Origin: Octopus vulgaris
Lineage: Eukaryota
Direction of reading: 5' to 3'
Assembly (NCBI GenBank): GCA_951406725.2
Contig: OX597843.1
Location: 10,974,001-11,038,000, forward strand
DNA length: 64,000 nucleotides
In this document: positions 1 to 12,784 of the stretch, piece by piece
Layout: every line of letters starts with the position of its first letter
How positions within the stretch are numbered: position 1 is the stretch's first letter
Position numbers and translations under genes: made by a program
The notes under the pieces: model-generated
Databases searched by the model: none
What the model was told of the DNA's origin: nothing
The model's input: only the letters and a program-made list of their open reading frames with translations

Positions 1-159
1 GATAGCTGATGGGCTGATTAGCTAGCTAAGTAGACAGATGGTTGGCCAGCTGGTTAACTCCCCACCTGGCTGCCTGGCTAACTAGCTAGATAAATAGATG
101 CCAGCTGGTTAGCTGGTTAGGGAGATGGTCAGCTGCCTAGCTAGCTAGATAAATATTTA

Positions 160-230
160 TTTACTACCCACAAGGGGCTAAACACAGAGGGGACAAACAA
201 GGACAGACAAACGGATTAAGTCGATTACAT
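160..230 (-). mobile_element. 3' tail fragment of family C SINE
   Basis: Reverse complement of the tail at 11860-11940 (gtaatcgacttaatccgtttgtctgtccttgtttgtcccctctgtgtttagcccc). Confidence 0.7.
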
Positions 231-625
<395 letters not shown>

Positions 626-928
626 GTGAGTAGATGCTGACTGGTTAAAAACAGGGTGCATAGATGCTGACTCCACATACATACATAACTGGATACAGGT
701 GTATGGAAACCAAAGAAGGGTGTACGAATGTGGGTACCACAAGAAACCAAAGAATATTTTAGTTTCAAACCCTCCACTCCCAAACAAGGAAGAAAAAAAA
801 AAAGTGAAAATAAAAATAAAAAAAAAACAATACAAAACAAATGTTCTTCTTTGCTAATATATTGGATGGCAACACACCGGAAATATGAAAACATTACAAC
901 CACTTTGAAGAGGGCACTGGGTAAAAAG

Positions 929-936
929 GATGGTGG

Positions 937-983
<47 letters not shown>

Positions 984-1104
984 TCGATGAGGATGATGAT
1001 GATGGTGGTGGTGGTGGTGGTGATGGTGGTGGTGGTGATGATGATGATGATGATGATGATGTCGATGATGATGATGATGGTGGTGGTGGTGATGGTGGTG
1101 GTGG

Positions 1105-1136
<32 letters not shown>

Positions 1137-1139
1137 TGA

Positions 1140-1171
<32 letters not shown>

Positions 1172-1184
1172 ATGGTGGTGGTGG

Positions 1185-1219
<35 letters not shown>

Positions 1220-1265
1220 TCGATGATGATGACGATGGTGGTGGTGGTGGTGATGGTGGTGGTGG

Positions 1266-1299
<34 letters not shown>

Positions 1300-1490
1300 G
1301 ACTAAGATGATAATGATGATGCTGATGATGGTGGTGGTGATGATGATGATGATGAAGATGGTGGTGGTGGTGGTGGTGGTGATAACGATGCTGATCATAA
1401 TGGAGATAATGATGATAATGGTGATGATGATGATGATGACGACGGTGGTAGTGGTGGTGGTGGTGATGATGAAGATGACAACAACAACGA

Positions 1491-1522
<32 letters not shown>

Positions 1523-1730
1523 ATGATGACGATGGTGGTGGTGGTGGTGGCTAAGATGATAATGATGATGCTGATGATGGTGGTGATGATGATGATGAAG
1601 ATGGTGGTGGTGGTGGTGATAACGATGCTGATGATAATGGTGATGATGATGATGATGATGATGATGGTAGGGGTGGTGGTGGTGATGATGAAGACGACAA
1701 CAACGATGATGATGATGATGATGATGATAA
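929..1730. repeat. (GAT)n/(GGT)n compound trinucleotide repeat with internal block duplications
   Basis: Interspersed gat/ggt runs; the block ctaagatgataatgatgatgctgatgatg recurs at about 1302 and 1551. Confidence 0.9.
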
Positions 1731-1765
1731 CTCTCTCTCTCTCTCTACACACACACACATAATCA

Positions 1766-2355
1766 GGCACAGTCATGGCTGTGTGGTTAGAAGCTTGCTT
1801 CCCAACTACATGGTTCTGGGTTCAGTCCCACTGCATGACATCTTGGGCAAGTCTCTTCTACTTTAGTCCCAGGCTGACCAAAGCCATGTTAGTGGATTTA
1901 GTAGACGGAAACTGAAAGAAGCCCCGTCGTATATATGTGTGTGTGTGTGTGTGTCTGTGTGTGTGTGTGTGTGTTTGTCTGTCTGTACATCTGTATTTGT
2001 CCCTCACTGCCATCACTTGACAACCGATGTTAGTGTGTTTACGTCCCCGTAACTTAGCAGTTCGGCAAAAGAGACCAATAGAATAAGTACTAGGCTTACA
2101 AAGAATAAGTCCTGGCATCTATTTGTTCAACTAACAGTGGTGCTCCAGCATGGCCGCAGTCAAATGACCAGTACTGGTGTGCTTATGTCCCCCCCCGAAC
2201 TTAGCGGTTCGGCAAAAAGAGAGCAACAGAATTAGTTTCAGGCTTTAAAAAATAAGGACTGGGGTTGATATGTCTGACTAAAAATAAAAATCCCTCCAAG
2301 GTGTTGCTCCAGCAGGGTCGCAGTCTAACGCCGGAAACAAGCAAGAGGATAAAAG
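1766..2355 (+). mobile_element. tRNA-derived SINE family A (head, TG tract, tail) plus an extra tail copy
   Basis: A box tggctgtgtgg, B box ggttcagtccc, CORE-like cttgggcaagt; tail ...ccagcatggccgcagtcaaatgac. About 20 copies in the window. Confidence 0.85.
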
Positions 2356-2612
2356 ATGAGAAAGAATGAGAGAAAGACACACATTCACATAGTCACATCT
2401 ATACAAACACACACACACACACACACACACACATTCGCACACACACACATGCACACGCTCACACACACACACACACACACGCACAAGAGCAGTATGGTTG
2501 TGTGTATGTGTGTGTGTGTGTGTGTGTGTGCAGTGTGTTGGTGGTGATGATGATGATGATGATGATGGTGGTTGTGGTGGTGGTGCTGATGATGATGATG
2601 ATGATGATAATG

Positions 2613-2644
<32 letters not shown>

Positions 2645-3170
2645 GAAGAGGAAAAGGTGACTGTTTTATGTTCAATCACCTCCCCCTGCCCTACCAACTC
2701 CTCCTTCCACCACCCCTACCCCAAAACACAACCATCTACCCTCTACTACACCCTCCCCCTATCCACACCACCCTGTCTCTCCTCCCATAAAACATATCAC
2801 ATTCCATTATCACCCTCATCAAGTCTGCCCCACCCCTCCTCTTCCTCCTCCTTCTCCTCATCCTCTTACACTCCACCCACCCCCCCCCGGCTTCCTGCTT
2901 ATCTCCATTTCCACCCTGCAATCCAATCCACCCATACCCTCCTTCACCTTGTCTATTTAATGCCTTTATTATATACCCATCTACATACATATACAAACAT
3001 ACATACATGCATACATACATACGTCTGTGTGTGTGTACACATACATATATATATTTATACATACATATATATATACATACATATATACATACATATTTAC
3101 GTATATATATACATGCAAACATATGTATAGACAGATATAAATACATACATACATACATACATACAAACAA

Positions 3171-3215
<45 letters not shown>

Positions 3216-3949
3216 GATTGTTTAACGTTTACTTGGGTTGAATGGTTTGACTGGCAAGCTGAGAGGCTGCACCAAGCTCCATATATAAGTGTGTGTGTAT
3301 GTGTGTATGTATATATATATATGTATATATATATGTCTTGTATAAAAAATATATATAAAAATACAAAATGGGACAAGAACACAAAACACTCAAATAGACG
3401 ACACAAAAAACACGGACGGGTCATTCGAAGCCTCTAATCTTCAGTCAAGAACCGGATCATCCTCGCAATTTTGGCTGCACTTGCTTGCTGCTGTACAATT
3501 CTGTACCCCATCCTCCATCTTATTCTAGATTCTCTGTCCTCCTGTCTTCCCCTCTTATCTCCCCCCACCTCGTACACAGTTATTTCATTTCATTGGGGCC
3601 ACCGACTAATGTTTTAGGTTTGTCATGAGGACCCTCGGGTTTGTTAGGGCCAAGTTTATCTCGGCTTCCATGACGTGTTAGCAACCGACCAGAGAGCACA
3701 GTTCTCTCTCTACCCTGAACAGGATACTGCCCTTCCACCAGGTTAACGCCCACCTGTTACTGGGGTGCTCTGTTTCACAAGAACACAATGTGCTACCAGA
3801 TATCAGGAAGTACAATACTCTCTCCACCCTGAATGGGATACTGGTCCATCACAAGGTTAACCCACCCTCCAGCATTTATTGGGGCACATAAGGCTCTGCT
3901 CAATATCAGAGAGCACATGACTCTCTCTCTCCCACTGAACATGATGTTG

Positions 3950-4900
3950 GCTCATCACAGGACTAACTACTTCTAGGGTACTCACCTCCAGGAGAGTTGG
4001 CTAGAGCAACATGAAATCAAATGTTTACACAATAGCACAACATGCTGCCTGATCTGGGAATTGAAACCCCAGCCTTATGAACCACAGAGGAGCCAAATGG
4101 CCCATCACAGGGTTAACTCTTCCAACTATTTCTAGGGTACACACCTCCAGGAGAGTTGGCTAGAGGAACATGAAATCAAATGTTTACACAATAGCACAAC
4201 ATGCTGCCTGATATGGGAATTGAAACCCCAGCCTTATGAACCACAGAGGAGCCAAATGGCCCATCACAGGGTTAACTCTTCCAACTATTTCTAGGGTACA
4301 CACCTCCAGGAGAGTTGGCTAGAGGAACATGAAATCAAATGTTTACACAATAGCACAACATGCTGCCTGATATGGGAATTGAAACCCCAGCCTTATGAAC
4401 CACAGAGGAGCCAAATGGCCCATCACAGGGTTAACTCTTCAAACTATTTCTAGGGTACTCACCTACATGAGAGTTGGCTAGAGCAACATGAAATCAAGTG
4501 TTTACTCAATAGCACAACATGCTGCCTGATCTGGGAATTGAAACCCCAGCCTGATGAACCACAGAGGAGCCAAACGACCCATCACAGGGTTAACTCTTCC
4601 AACTACTTCTAGGGTACTCACCTCCAGGAGAGTTGACTAGAGCAACATGAAATCAAATGTTTACACAATAGCACAACATGCTGCCTGATCTGGGAATTGA
4701 AACCCCAGCCTGATGAACCACAGAGGAGCCAAACGACCCATCACAGGGTTAACTCTTCCAACTACTTCTAGGGTACTCACCTCCAGGAGAGTTGACGAGA
4801 GCAACATGAAATCAAATGTTTACACAATAGCACAACATGCTGCCTGATCTGGAAATTGAAACCCCAGCCTTATGATACACAGAGGAGCTAAATGGCTCTC
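3950..4900 (-). repeat. 159-bp tandem array (6 copies) derived from a tRNA-SINE fragment
   Basis: Anchor cacct(c/a)ca at 3983, 4142, 4301, 4460, 4619 and 4778; the minus strand carries B-box-like ggtttcaattcccaga. Confidence 0.9.
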
Positions 4901-5118
4901 TTAGGTACATCCTATTGACAAGAGTCAATAAACTCGAAATATTGTCTGGGATTCCTGATAGATGGTGACACTGAACACACCAGGTGTTTCCACACCTTTT
5001 ACTTTAAGAGAGATATTTGGTCTTTGAGCAGTTGAAATGTGTCACAAACATATTTTAACTCACCCAAATTTTTCTTATGCTTAAACACTGCTTGGTACTA
5101 ACATTTTGTAATATATAA

Positions 5119-5154
<36 letters not shown>

Positions 5155-5157
5155 ATA

Positions 5158-5371
5158 CTCTTTACTCTTTTACTTGTTTCAGTTATGTGACTGTGGCCAT
5201 GCTGGAGCACCGCCTTTAGTCAAGCAGATCGACCCCAGGACTTATTCTTTGTAAGCCTAGTACTTAATCTATTGGTCTCTTTTGCCGAACCGCTAAGTTA
5301 CTGGGACATAAACACACCAGCATCGGTTGTCAAGTGATGTTGGGGGCACAAACACAGACACACAAACATAT

Positions 5372-5403
<32 letters not shown>

Positions 5404-5550
5404 CCGACGAGTTTCTTTCATTTCCGTCTACCAAATCCACTCGCAAGGCTATAGCAGAAGACACTTGCCCAAGGTGCCACGCAGTGGGACTGAACCCGGA
5501 ACCATGTGATTCGTAAGCAAGCTACTTACCACACAGCCACTCCTGCGCCT
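5158..5550 (-). mobile_element. SINE family A
   Basis: Reverse complement of the family A head and tail. Confidence 0.85.
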
Positions 5551-5616
5551 ATATATATATATATATATATATATACGTATATAATCAAAATAAGCAACAA
5601 GGATATCCAGAGGTAA

Positions 5617-5703
5617 TGCAGTACGATCGTTTCATGCGACTCCATTTAATTGAACAATGCAATCATTACATCAATTTAAAATGTAGAGCAATCTTCAGCT
5701 GCA
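5617..5703 (-). ncRNA. Type I hammerhead ribozyme motif with long stem II
   Basis: Minus strand: tgcag-CUGAAGA-[long imperfect hairpin]-GAAAC-GAUC-GUA-ctgca; stem I tgcag/ctgca, palindromic stem III ACGAUCGU. Confidence 0.65.
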
Positions 5704-6024
5704 CAAAGACATAGAATTTAATTAAATTAGAACAGATGGACACATTAGTATAATTTTACCCCAAATTTCCAAGAGGATAAGGAGATAGACAAAGAACAGG
5801 CTTTACCAACAACATCATATATACGTATATGTATATGCAGTAAGAGACTGGCCAGGTTACCAGCTTGCCCGATAGCAAGTGGGCCCCTGCATCATTAGAA
5901 TTCATATATGACGGCCCATGTTAGTATCTAAGGGGCCCATCTCTTCAAGTTTCAGAACTTTTTATTCACTCCTTGAGGAACGCATTAATTATTTCAGCCT
6001 AGCTGTGTTTGTAGACAGTTGGAA

Positions 6025-6423
6025 ACTCTTTACTCTTTTACTTGTTTCAGTCATTTGACTGCGGCCATGCTGGAGCACCGCCTTTAGTCGAGCAACTCGA
6101 CCCCGGGACTTATTTTTTTGTAAGCCCGGTACTTATTCTATCGGTCTCTTTTGTCGAACCGCTAAGTAACGGGGACATAAACACACCAGCATCGGTTGTC
6201 AAGCAATGCTAGGGGGACAAACACACACACGCATATATATATATATATATACATATATACGACAGGCTTCTTTCAGTTTCCGTCTACCAAATCCACTCAC
6301 AAGGCTTTGGTCGGCCTGAGGCTATAGTAGAAGACACTTGCCCAAGGTGCCATGCAGTGGGACTGAACACGGAACCATATGGTTGGTAAGCAAGCTACTT
6401 ACCACACAGCCACTCCTACACCT
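6025..6423 (-). mobile_element. SINE family A
   Basis: Full-length reverse copy. Confidence 0.85.
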
Positions 6424-6897
6424 ATATATATATATAAAATATATGTGTAGAGTTTTTGTGTATGAGTGCTTACATGTTTGTTTGCAAATGTGTGTATATG
6501 TGTGTACATGTGCATGTAAGTGTGAGTATGAGCGCACAATGTATGTAATAGCAGCCAAGCTACCAACAGGGGCAGCTGGTCCTTAAATGATTTGGCAAAG
6601 ATGAAAAGACATAAATATAAACACAAGGACCAGCCAGGGTCACCAGGTCAGAGGTGAAACTTCACATGTTTCTCTGATAAAACATTTCTGGGTGTTGTTT
6701 GTTTTCTGGGTCGGCTGAGGTTAGATGTGTGGGTTTGTGTGTGTGTGTTTGTGTGTGTGTGTATAAATACATATATCTTTGTGTGTGTATGTGTGTGTGT
6801 GTGTGTGTAAGTGTGTGTGTATAATCGTGAGTGCGTATATATGCCTGCATATATGAGCATATAAGCCCACATGTGTGTGTGTGTATATGTGTATGTA

Positions 6898-6929
<32 letters not shown>

Positions 6930-7032
6930 AGTCCCTTTGTGTCTAAATGAGTAAACAAGTGTATATGACTTGTGTATATATGTGTGTGTAACTATGTAGG
7001 TGAATTTGAGCTGCTATGGTGTGTGTGTGTAT

Positions 7033-7235
7033 CAGGGGTGCATATTCCGGGTGTGCTAGCTATGTGCTGCACACCCATCGAAAATGGCAATTTCATTATA
7101 ATTATTAACCTTACTCGTTAATCTAATCGCAAATCATTATGGAAAACTTGTGGTGTACCCCTGCTTGAAATTTGATGGCGAGGGTCCTGAAAAAACACTG
7201 CACACCTCAGCGCATTGTATCAAAATATGACCCTG
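7033..7235. mobile_element. Short MITE-like element
   Basis: Imperfect terminal inverted repeats caggggtgcatatt ... aatatgaccctg; CAG ends as in hAT elements; flanks tgtgtat/ggtgtat. Confidence 0.45.
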
Positions 7236-7426
7236 GGTGTATCGTAGGATAATGAGAGAATGACAAAATAATTAAAGGTGATGGGTGTGCAACAACTTTG
7301 ACAGCACAGTTGCATGTTCGTTTTTGTGGTGAGAATTTGTACGTTAAAATTCATTTAGAATTCCTAAATTTAGACAAATTTTTTTAGACAATGATTTTGC
7401 TTTCGGACAGTATCATCATATATATA

Positions 7427-8160
7427 AGCGCAGGAGTGGCTGTGTGGTAAGTAGCTTGCTTACCAACTACATGGTTCCGGGTTCAGTCCCACTGCGTGGC
7501 ATCTTGGGCAAGTGTCTACTACTATAGCCTTGGGCCGACGAAAGCCTTGTGAGTGGATTTGGTAGATGGAAACTGAAAGAAGCCCATCGTATATATGTAT
7601 ATATATATAGGCGCAAGAGTGGCTGTGTGGTAAGTAGCTTGCTTACCAATCACATGGTTCCAGGTTCAGTTCCACTGCGTGGCCTTGCGGGAAAGTGTTT
7701 TCTACTATAGCTTTGGGCCGACAAAAGCCTTGTGAGTGGATTTGGTAGACGGAAACTGAAAGAAGTTCATCGTATATATGTATATATACATAGGCATAGG
7801 AGTGGCTGTGTGTAAAGTAGCATGCTTACGAACCACATAGTTCCGGGTTCAGTCCCACTGCGTGGCACCTTCGGTAAGTGTCTTCTACTATAGCCTCGGG
7901 CCAACCAAAGCCTTGTATATATGTATATATGTATGTATGTGTGTATATGTGTTTGTGTGCCTGTGTTTGTCCCTCCAACATCACTTGACAACCAATACTG
8001 GTGTTTTTACATTCCCATAACTTAGCATTTCAGCAAAGAGAGACCGATAGAATAAGTACTAGGCTTAAAAAAGAATAAGCCCCGGGGTTGATTTGCTCGA
8101 CTAAAGGCAGTGCACCAGCATGGCCACAGTCAAATGACTGAAACAAGGAAAAATAGAGAA
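7427..8160 (+). mobile_element. SINE family A with three tandem heads and one tail
   Basis: Heads at about 7427, 7609 and 7792, separated by (TA)n; single tail to 8160. Confidence 0.85.
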
Positions 8161-8380
8161 GTAAAAGAGAGAATTTAATTTTGATCTTAATTTGTTTTGG
8201 TAACTACTAATTCACTTTTAGAAGTCAGAAACAAAATTTAAGTCAGGTCGAATTCTGAAAGGTTGTGCTTTGATATTTTCTGTGAAATTAGAGATATTCT
8301 TAGTTGTGTGCTGACGCACTGTATTCAAAATTTAATTAGTGTTGGTCTTAAATGCTTTTACAGTCACAGAAAAACATGCT

Positions 8381-8546
8381 AGGCGCAGGGGTGGCTGTGT
8401 GGTAAGTAGCTTGCTTACGAACCTCATGGTTCCGGGTTCAGTCCCACTGCATGGCACCTTGGCCAAGTGTCTTCTACTATAGCCTTGGGCTGACCGAAGG
8501 CATGTCAGTGGATTTGGTAGACAGAAACTGAAAGAAGCCCATTGTG

Positions 8547-8636
<90 letters not shown>

Positions 8637-8945
8637 TAGCTATGCATAAGTGCAGGAGTGGCTGTGTGGTAAGTAGCTTGCTTACCAACCACATGATTTA
8701 AGGTTCAGTCCCACTGCATAGCACCTTGGGCAAGTGTCTTCTACTATAGCCTTGGGCCAACCGAAGCCTTGCGGATTTGGTAGACAGAAACTGAAAGAAG
8801 CCCAATGTATATATATGTATGTATATATGTATATGTTTATGTATTTGTGTGTCTGCGTTTGTTTCCCCCCAACATCGCTTGACAACCAATGCTGGTGTAT
8901 TTACATCTCTGTAACTTAGCAGTTCAGCAAACGAGACTGATAGTA
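8381..8945 (+). mobile_element. SINE family A, two heads and a partial tail
   Basis: Heads at about 8381 and 8649. Confidence 0.8.
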
Positions 8946-8964
8946 TATATACACACATACATAT

Positions 8965-8998
<34 letters not shown>

Positions 8999-9113
8999 CT
9001 CTACTTTATAGAAGTTCCTACCGTTAATGGTTATATTCACAAGCCGAAATCTACCAGTAAATAATTGTTGTTTTTTAAAAACCATTAATAATAATAACAA
9101 TAATAATAATAAC

Positions 9114-9157
<44 letters not shown>

Positions 9158-9209
9158 CAACATCGAAAAATACCTTAAGGATGAGAACCCAGGTTCAAAA
9201 TTTCCGCAA

Positions 9210-9255
9210 GACACCTGATGAAGGCTGGAGGGTATACCAGCCGAAACGTTGTGTT
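9210..9255 (+). ncRNA. Minimal type I hammerhead ribozyme motif
   Basis: gacac-CUGAUGA-a-GGCUGG(agggtata)CCAGCC-GAAAC-GUU-gtgtt. Confidence 0.75.
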
Positions 9256-9526
9256 AACAACAAACAAGATAAGGGCAAATGCCCGTCAAATATAAATAAT
9301 GTAAATCATGTAAATAATTTACAAATAAGTCCTGGGGTTGATTTGCTTAACTAAGGGCGGTGCTCCAGCATGGCCACAGTCAAATGACTGAAACAAGTAT
9401 TGGAATAAATGAATGAGAGTGATTAAATAGTGACTACTAACAAAATTTTCCTTTAGTGCCATGTATCTGTGTCCCAATTGAATTAAGCTTACATTCCTTA
9501 CATTTTGGGTTCCGCATTTTGAATAG

Positions 9527-9765
9527 ATGTATGCAATAATGTACATCTGGAAGATCCTGGAAGGAATTGTGCCAAATTTTGGTATTGAAAGCTACACCAA
9601 TGCCAGAACGGGTCGTCGCTGCACAGTGCCAAAGATCCCAGCAGCACCATCGCGCTTCAGGACCAGTTACTGCAACAGCCTGAGCTTCAAGGGCCCACAG
9701 TTTTTTTAATATTCTCTCAAAGAGCCTGAGGAACCTGCACAAAGTAGATGTAGGTATTTTTAAAT
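9527..9765 (+). pseudogene. CR1/L2-like LINE ORF2 C-terminal fragment (frameshifted)
   Basis: YAIMYIWKILEGIVPN...YCNSLSFKGPQ.FNIL.KSLRNLHKVDVGIFK matches the CR1-type post-RT region; a related copy lies at 27050-27280. Confidence 0.7.
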
Positions 9766-10039
9766 CACTCCGAGAGTGTAGTGGGTGCTTTTTACGTGCC
9801 ACCGGCACGAGGGCCAGTCAGGCGGTACTGGCATCAACCACACTCGAATGGTGGTTTTTCATGTGCCACCCGGCACATATATATATACACACATACATAT
9901 ATAGTGTGTGTGTATATATATATATATATACTCTACTTTATAGAAGTTCCTACCGTTAATGGTTATATTCACAAGCCGAAATCTACCAGTAAATAATTGT
10001 TGGTTTTTTTTAAAAACCATTCAAGATATTATTTACTCT

Positions 10040-10076
<37 letters not shown>

Positions 10077-10394
10077 TTTATTTGTTTGTATGTTTAAAGT
10101 TGTTCCACCAACAGCCATCCTGTATTTTTGTATATCAATGAACACATTGTCCGATGAGTCTTATTTTTAGTATAAAATGTTATTATGTAATCTGAGGATG
10201 ATTTGGCTGCTACTTCTAGTAGGCCTAGTTACAATCTCCTTAGATATATATATATATATATCCATATACATAAGACAGCAGGGTGAATCTGAGGTAGACT
10301 TCGCTGCTATTTCTATCTATCATTTAGAGGTCTCTCTTACTAACTTACATACATATATATATATTTTTTTCTCTCCTTGTTTTTTTCTGTGTCC

Positions 10395-10430
10395 CTTTCT
10401 GTAGAAGAGCACAGGCTCGAAACGTAAAAG
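10395..10430 (+). ncRNA. Hammerhead-like motif (A6U core variant) in a short Penelope-like module (about 10365-10522)
   Basis: cttt-CUGUAGA-a-GAGC(acag)GCUC-GAAAC-GUA-aaag. Confidence 0.55.
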
Positions 10431-11243
10431 ACTTTTTTCTATTCCTGAGCGTTATACTAATACATCTGTTTGTTTTGTACACCACCTGTCTTCGTCTTTT
10501 GTCTTTTTCGTAAACTCCCCCTATATATATATATATATATATGTACATACACAAGACAGCAGTAGGTAATTTAAAGAAGATTTAGTTACTATTTCTAGCA
10601 TAACATGAGGCCATGTAGAGGCTTCCCTAACAAGCTTGGTGTTCTAAGGTTTTATGTGTGAGCAACAAGTCTTCTAATTATCTGGATTTGTAGAGCAGAA
10701 AGTTTTATAATGAATTAGTTTGTTTAATTCTACCTAAATGCACTTCTGATGCCATAGATGGCTTAAGAAAACATATATAGAGATAAAGTATGTATATACA
10801 TAGATAATATCAGCATTATACAAATGTATGCTTATATATATACATATGTATGCATACAAACATGTATGTATATATGTATGTGTGTGTGTCATTATTCAAT
10901 TTATTTCATATATGTATGTATGTATGTATGTATGAATGTATGTTACCATCTCCTTAGATATATATAGTGGCTGTGTGTTAAGTAGCTTGCTTACCGACCA
11001 CATGGTTCCGGGTTCAGTCCCACTAAGTGGCACCTTGCGCAAGTGTCTTCTACTATAGCCTCGGGCCGACCAATGTATGCTTATACATACATATGTATGC
11101 ATGCATACAAACATGTATATATATATGCATGCATGCATGTGTGTATATATATATATGCATGCATGCATGTGTGTATATATATATATATATGCATGCATGT
11201 ATGTGTGTATATATATATATATATGCATGTATGTATGTATGTA

Positions 11244-11290
<47 letters not shown>

Positions 11291-11705
11291 ATGTATGTGT
11301 GTATGTATGTATGTATGTGTGTCATTATTCAATTTATTTCATGTATGTATGTATGTATGTATGTATGTGTGTGTGTATGTATGTGTGTCATTATTCAATT
11401 TCATGTATGTATGTATGTATGTATGTATGTATATGTGTATGTATGTATGTATGTATGTACGTGTGTATGTATGTATGTATGTATGTCATTATTCAGTTTA
11501 CTTCAAGACTTCTTACCAATAGAGAAAGAACTGGTTTCTAACCTAGATCCATGGAATTTCACCATCAACAACAGGGCATTTTTATTTGTGTGTATGTATG
11601 TATGTATGTATGTATATGTGCAGATTTGTATGTTTCGTTTTATGTATGTATTCTCATGCATATAGTTGCATATCTAGGCATGCTCATATATATTTAAATG
11701 ATAAG

Positions 11706-11940
11706 AGGCGGCGAGCTGGCAGAAATGTTAGCACGCCGGGCGAAATGCTTAGTGGTATTTCGTCTGTCGTTACGTTCTGAGTTCAAATTCCGCCGAGGTC
11801 AACTTTGCCTCCTTTCATCCTCTCGGGGTTGATAAATAAAGTACCAGTTTCGCACTGGGTCAATGTAATCGACTTAATCCGTTTGTCTGTCCTTGTTTGT
11901 CCCCTCTGTGTTTAGCCCCTTCTGGGTAGTAAAGAAATAT
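11706..11940 (+). mobile_element. SINE family C (tRNA-like head plus Meta/Sauria-type central domain)
   Basis: B box gagttcaaattcc followed by gaggtcaactttgcc...tttcatcctctcggggttgataaataaagtaccag; reverse fragments at about 18980-19135, 55100-55180 and 60685-61000. Confidence 0.7.
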
Positions 11941-12550
11941 ATATTTAAATGATAAACTTTTGGAAAGTTTTACAGATTTTTACAGTTCCTGTGATGGATT
12001 GGATCTGTAGTCTTTGAATTAGCTTTCTCCTATGTATGTATATATGTATGTATGTATGTATGTATGTCTGTATGTATGTGTGTATGTATGTCTGTATGTA
12101 TGTGTGTATGTATGTCTGTATGTATGTGTGTATGTGTGTATGTATGACATTATTCAGTTTTATTTCAAGATTTCTTGCCAAATGTGTGTATGTATGTATG
12201 TGTGTGTATGTATGTATATAATGATGTAGGCAAAGACATCATGGATATCATGACTACATTAATATGTATATATAAATATATAATAGTATACATAAACACA
12301 AATATATATATACACACACACATATATTTACATAGAAATATATATGTATATATATATGGACATATATGTGTATGCGGATGCATACACATACACACACACA
12401 CAGATGCATAAGTACATACACACATATATACATAGACACAACCACAAATGTACACATATACACCCGTCTGTGCATATTCACACTGAAGACATCATATGCA
12501 TATACACACTTGTAAATGTTTGAGTGGGGTCTATGAATGTGTCGGTAAGA

Positions 12551-12588
<38 letters not shown>

Positions 12589-12711
12589 ATTGGTGTGTAA
12601 TAAACCTGATTAATTTGTAAATCTCTTATATTAAATTTAATTATGCTTTCATAGACTTCTGAGAGAATGATATACGATTCCTATCCCTCAGCTGTATACC
12701 CACAATTAAAT

Positions 12712-12742
<31 letters not shown>

Positions 12743-12784
12743 AACACACGAACACACACATACACAAACACATCTATATACATA

